From Mustelus asterias (lineage: Eukaryota), in contig NC_135808.1 in assembly GCF_964213995.1 (NCBI RefSeq), positions 50,592,001 to 50,656,000 of the forward strand: a stretch of DNA of 64,000 nucleotides, in the 5' to 3' direction. How positions within the stretch are numbered: the stretch's first letter is position 1; the number at the start of each line of letters is the position of its first letter. The notes under the pieces are model-generated. The model worked only from the letters and a program-made list of their open reading frames with translations. It had not been told where the DNA came from and did no database searches. Of this stretch, positions 63,275-64,000 are shown piece after piece. Both the position numbers and the translations under genes were made by a program.

Positions 63275-64000
63275 GAAAGCTCACACACACAAATTCTTCA
63301 TTGTACACAAACACACACAAATAGAAAGATATGTATATTTCCATTCTGATAACAATTATATGAACAACATTAAACTTTCAGACTCAAAACAAAGCTACAA
63401 GTAGTAGTGGAGGGGGTGGGAGGAATCTTGGAGACTTCCACCGACAGGAACAATCTAAACAGCCGAAGCTCCCATTTCCTCAGTCCCTGCCTGTCACTGC
63501 TCAAGGACGCCCCGAGGGGAACCCTCTCGGTCTGTCACTCACTTGCCCTCTCTCATGCTCTCGCTCCCTCTCTCTCTCTCTCTGTGTCTCTCACGATCTC
63601 TCTCTCTCTCTCCTGGATGAAAGCTTTAGCGATTTGCAGCAAATGAATTCATTTTCACCTTTTTAATTGTTTGAAACAATTCAGTGAGTGACATTTTGAG
63701 TCCCCAATCTAAATTTTTCCCTCTCACTCACTACACTTGACACCAGGAAACGGTTAATACCATTTTACTGCACTATGTCTCTCACTACACCTGTCACTAG
63801 GAAACGGTCAATACTGTTTTACTGCACTGTGTCTTCTCACTGCACCTGAAGTGGGGTGAATGAAATGATTTTACTGAGATTGAAGTTAAAACATTCATTA
63901 TTAGCTAGAGAATGGACAAATGTAGAGATGAAGGCATGATGGGAAATTGAGCCAATGTTATTGGAATGAACAAGGTCACTGAATCTTCAAATCCCAGCCC

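Overview
This is repeat-dense vertebrate DNA, almost certainly from a cartilaginous fish (elasmobranch), judging by the HE1/V-SINE-type SINEs, CR1 LINEs and cluster-type Ig organisation. The only clear host gene is one complete, unrearranged, apparently functional kappa-type (shark type III/NS4-like) immunoglobulin light-chain cluster on the minus strand. Its parts are leader 38148-38196, V 37664-37961 with a 12-RSS, a 23-RSS with J 37001-37035, and C 29317-29645. Nested transposable elements surround it. (i) A full-length, young but inactivated Gypsy LTR element (8180-13341) has no tRNA primer site; instead it has a perfect 15-nt complement to its own LTR, suggesting self-priming. (ii) A decayed endogenous retrovirus (13752 to about 24600) has a tRNA-Phe PBS, a UGA-CGG gag/pol junction, a duplicated integrase C-terminus and no recognisable env or 3' LTR. 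A related solo LTR and a reverse-oriented deleted relative are also present. (iii) Other elements include an older Gypsy, a Harbinger-type MITE, Penelope ends with hammerhead-like cores, an intact 958-aa CR1 ORF2, many CR1/L2 fragments, SINEs and minisatellites. All calls come from reading the sequence by eye. No database searches were run, and boundaries of old repeats are approximate.
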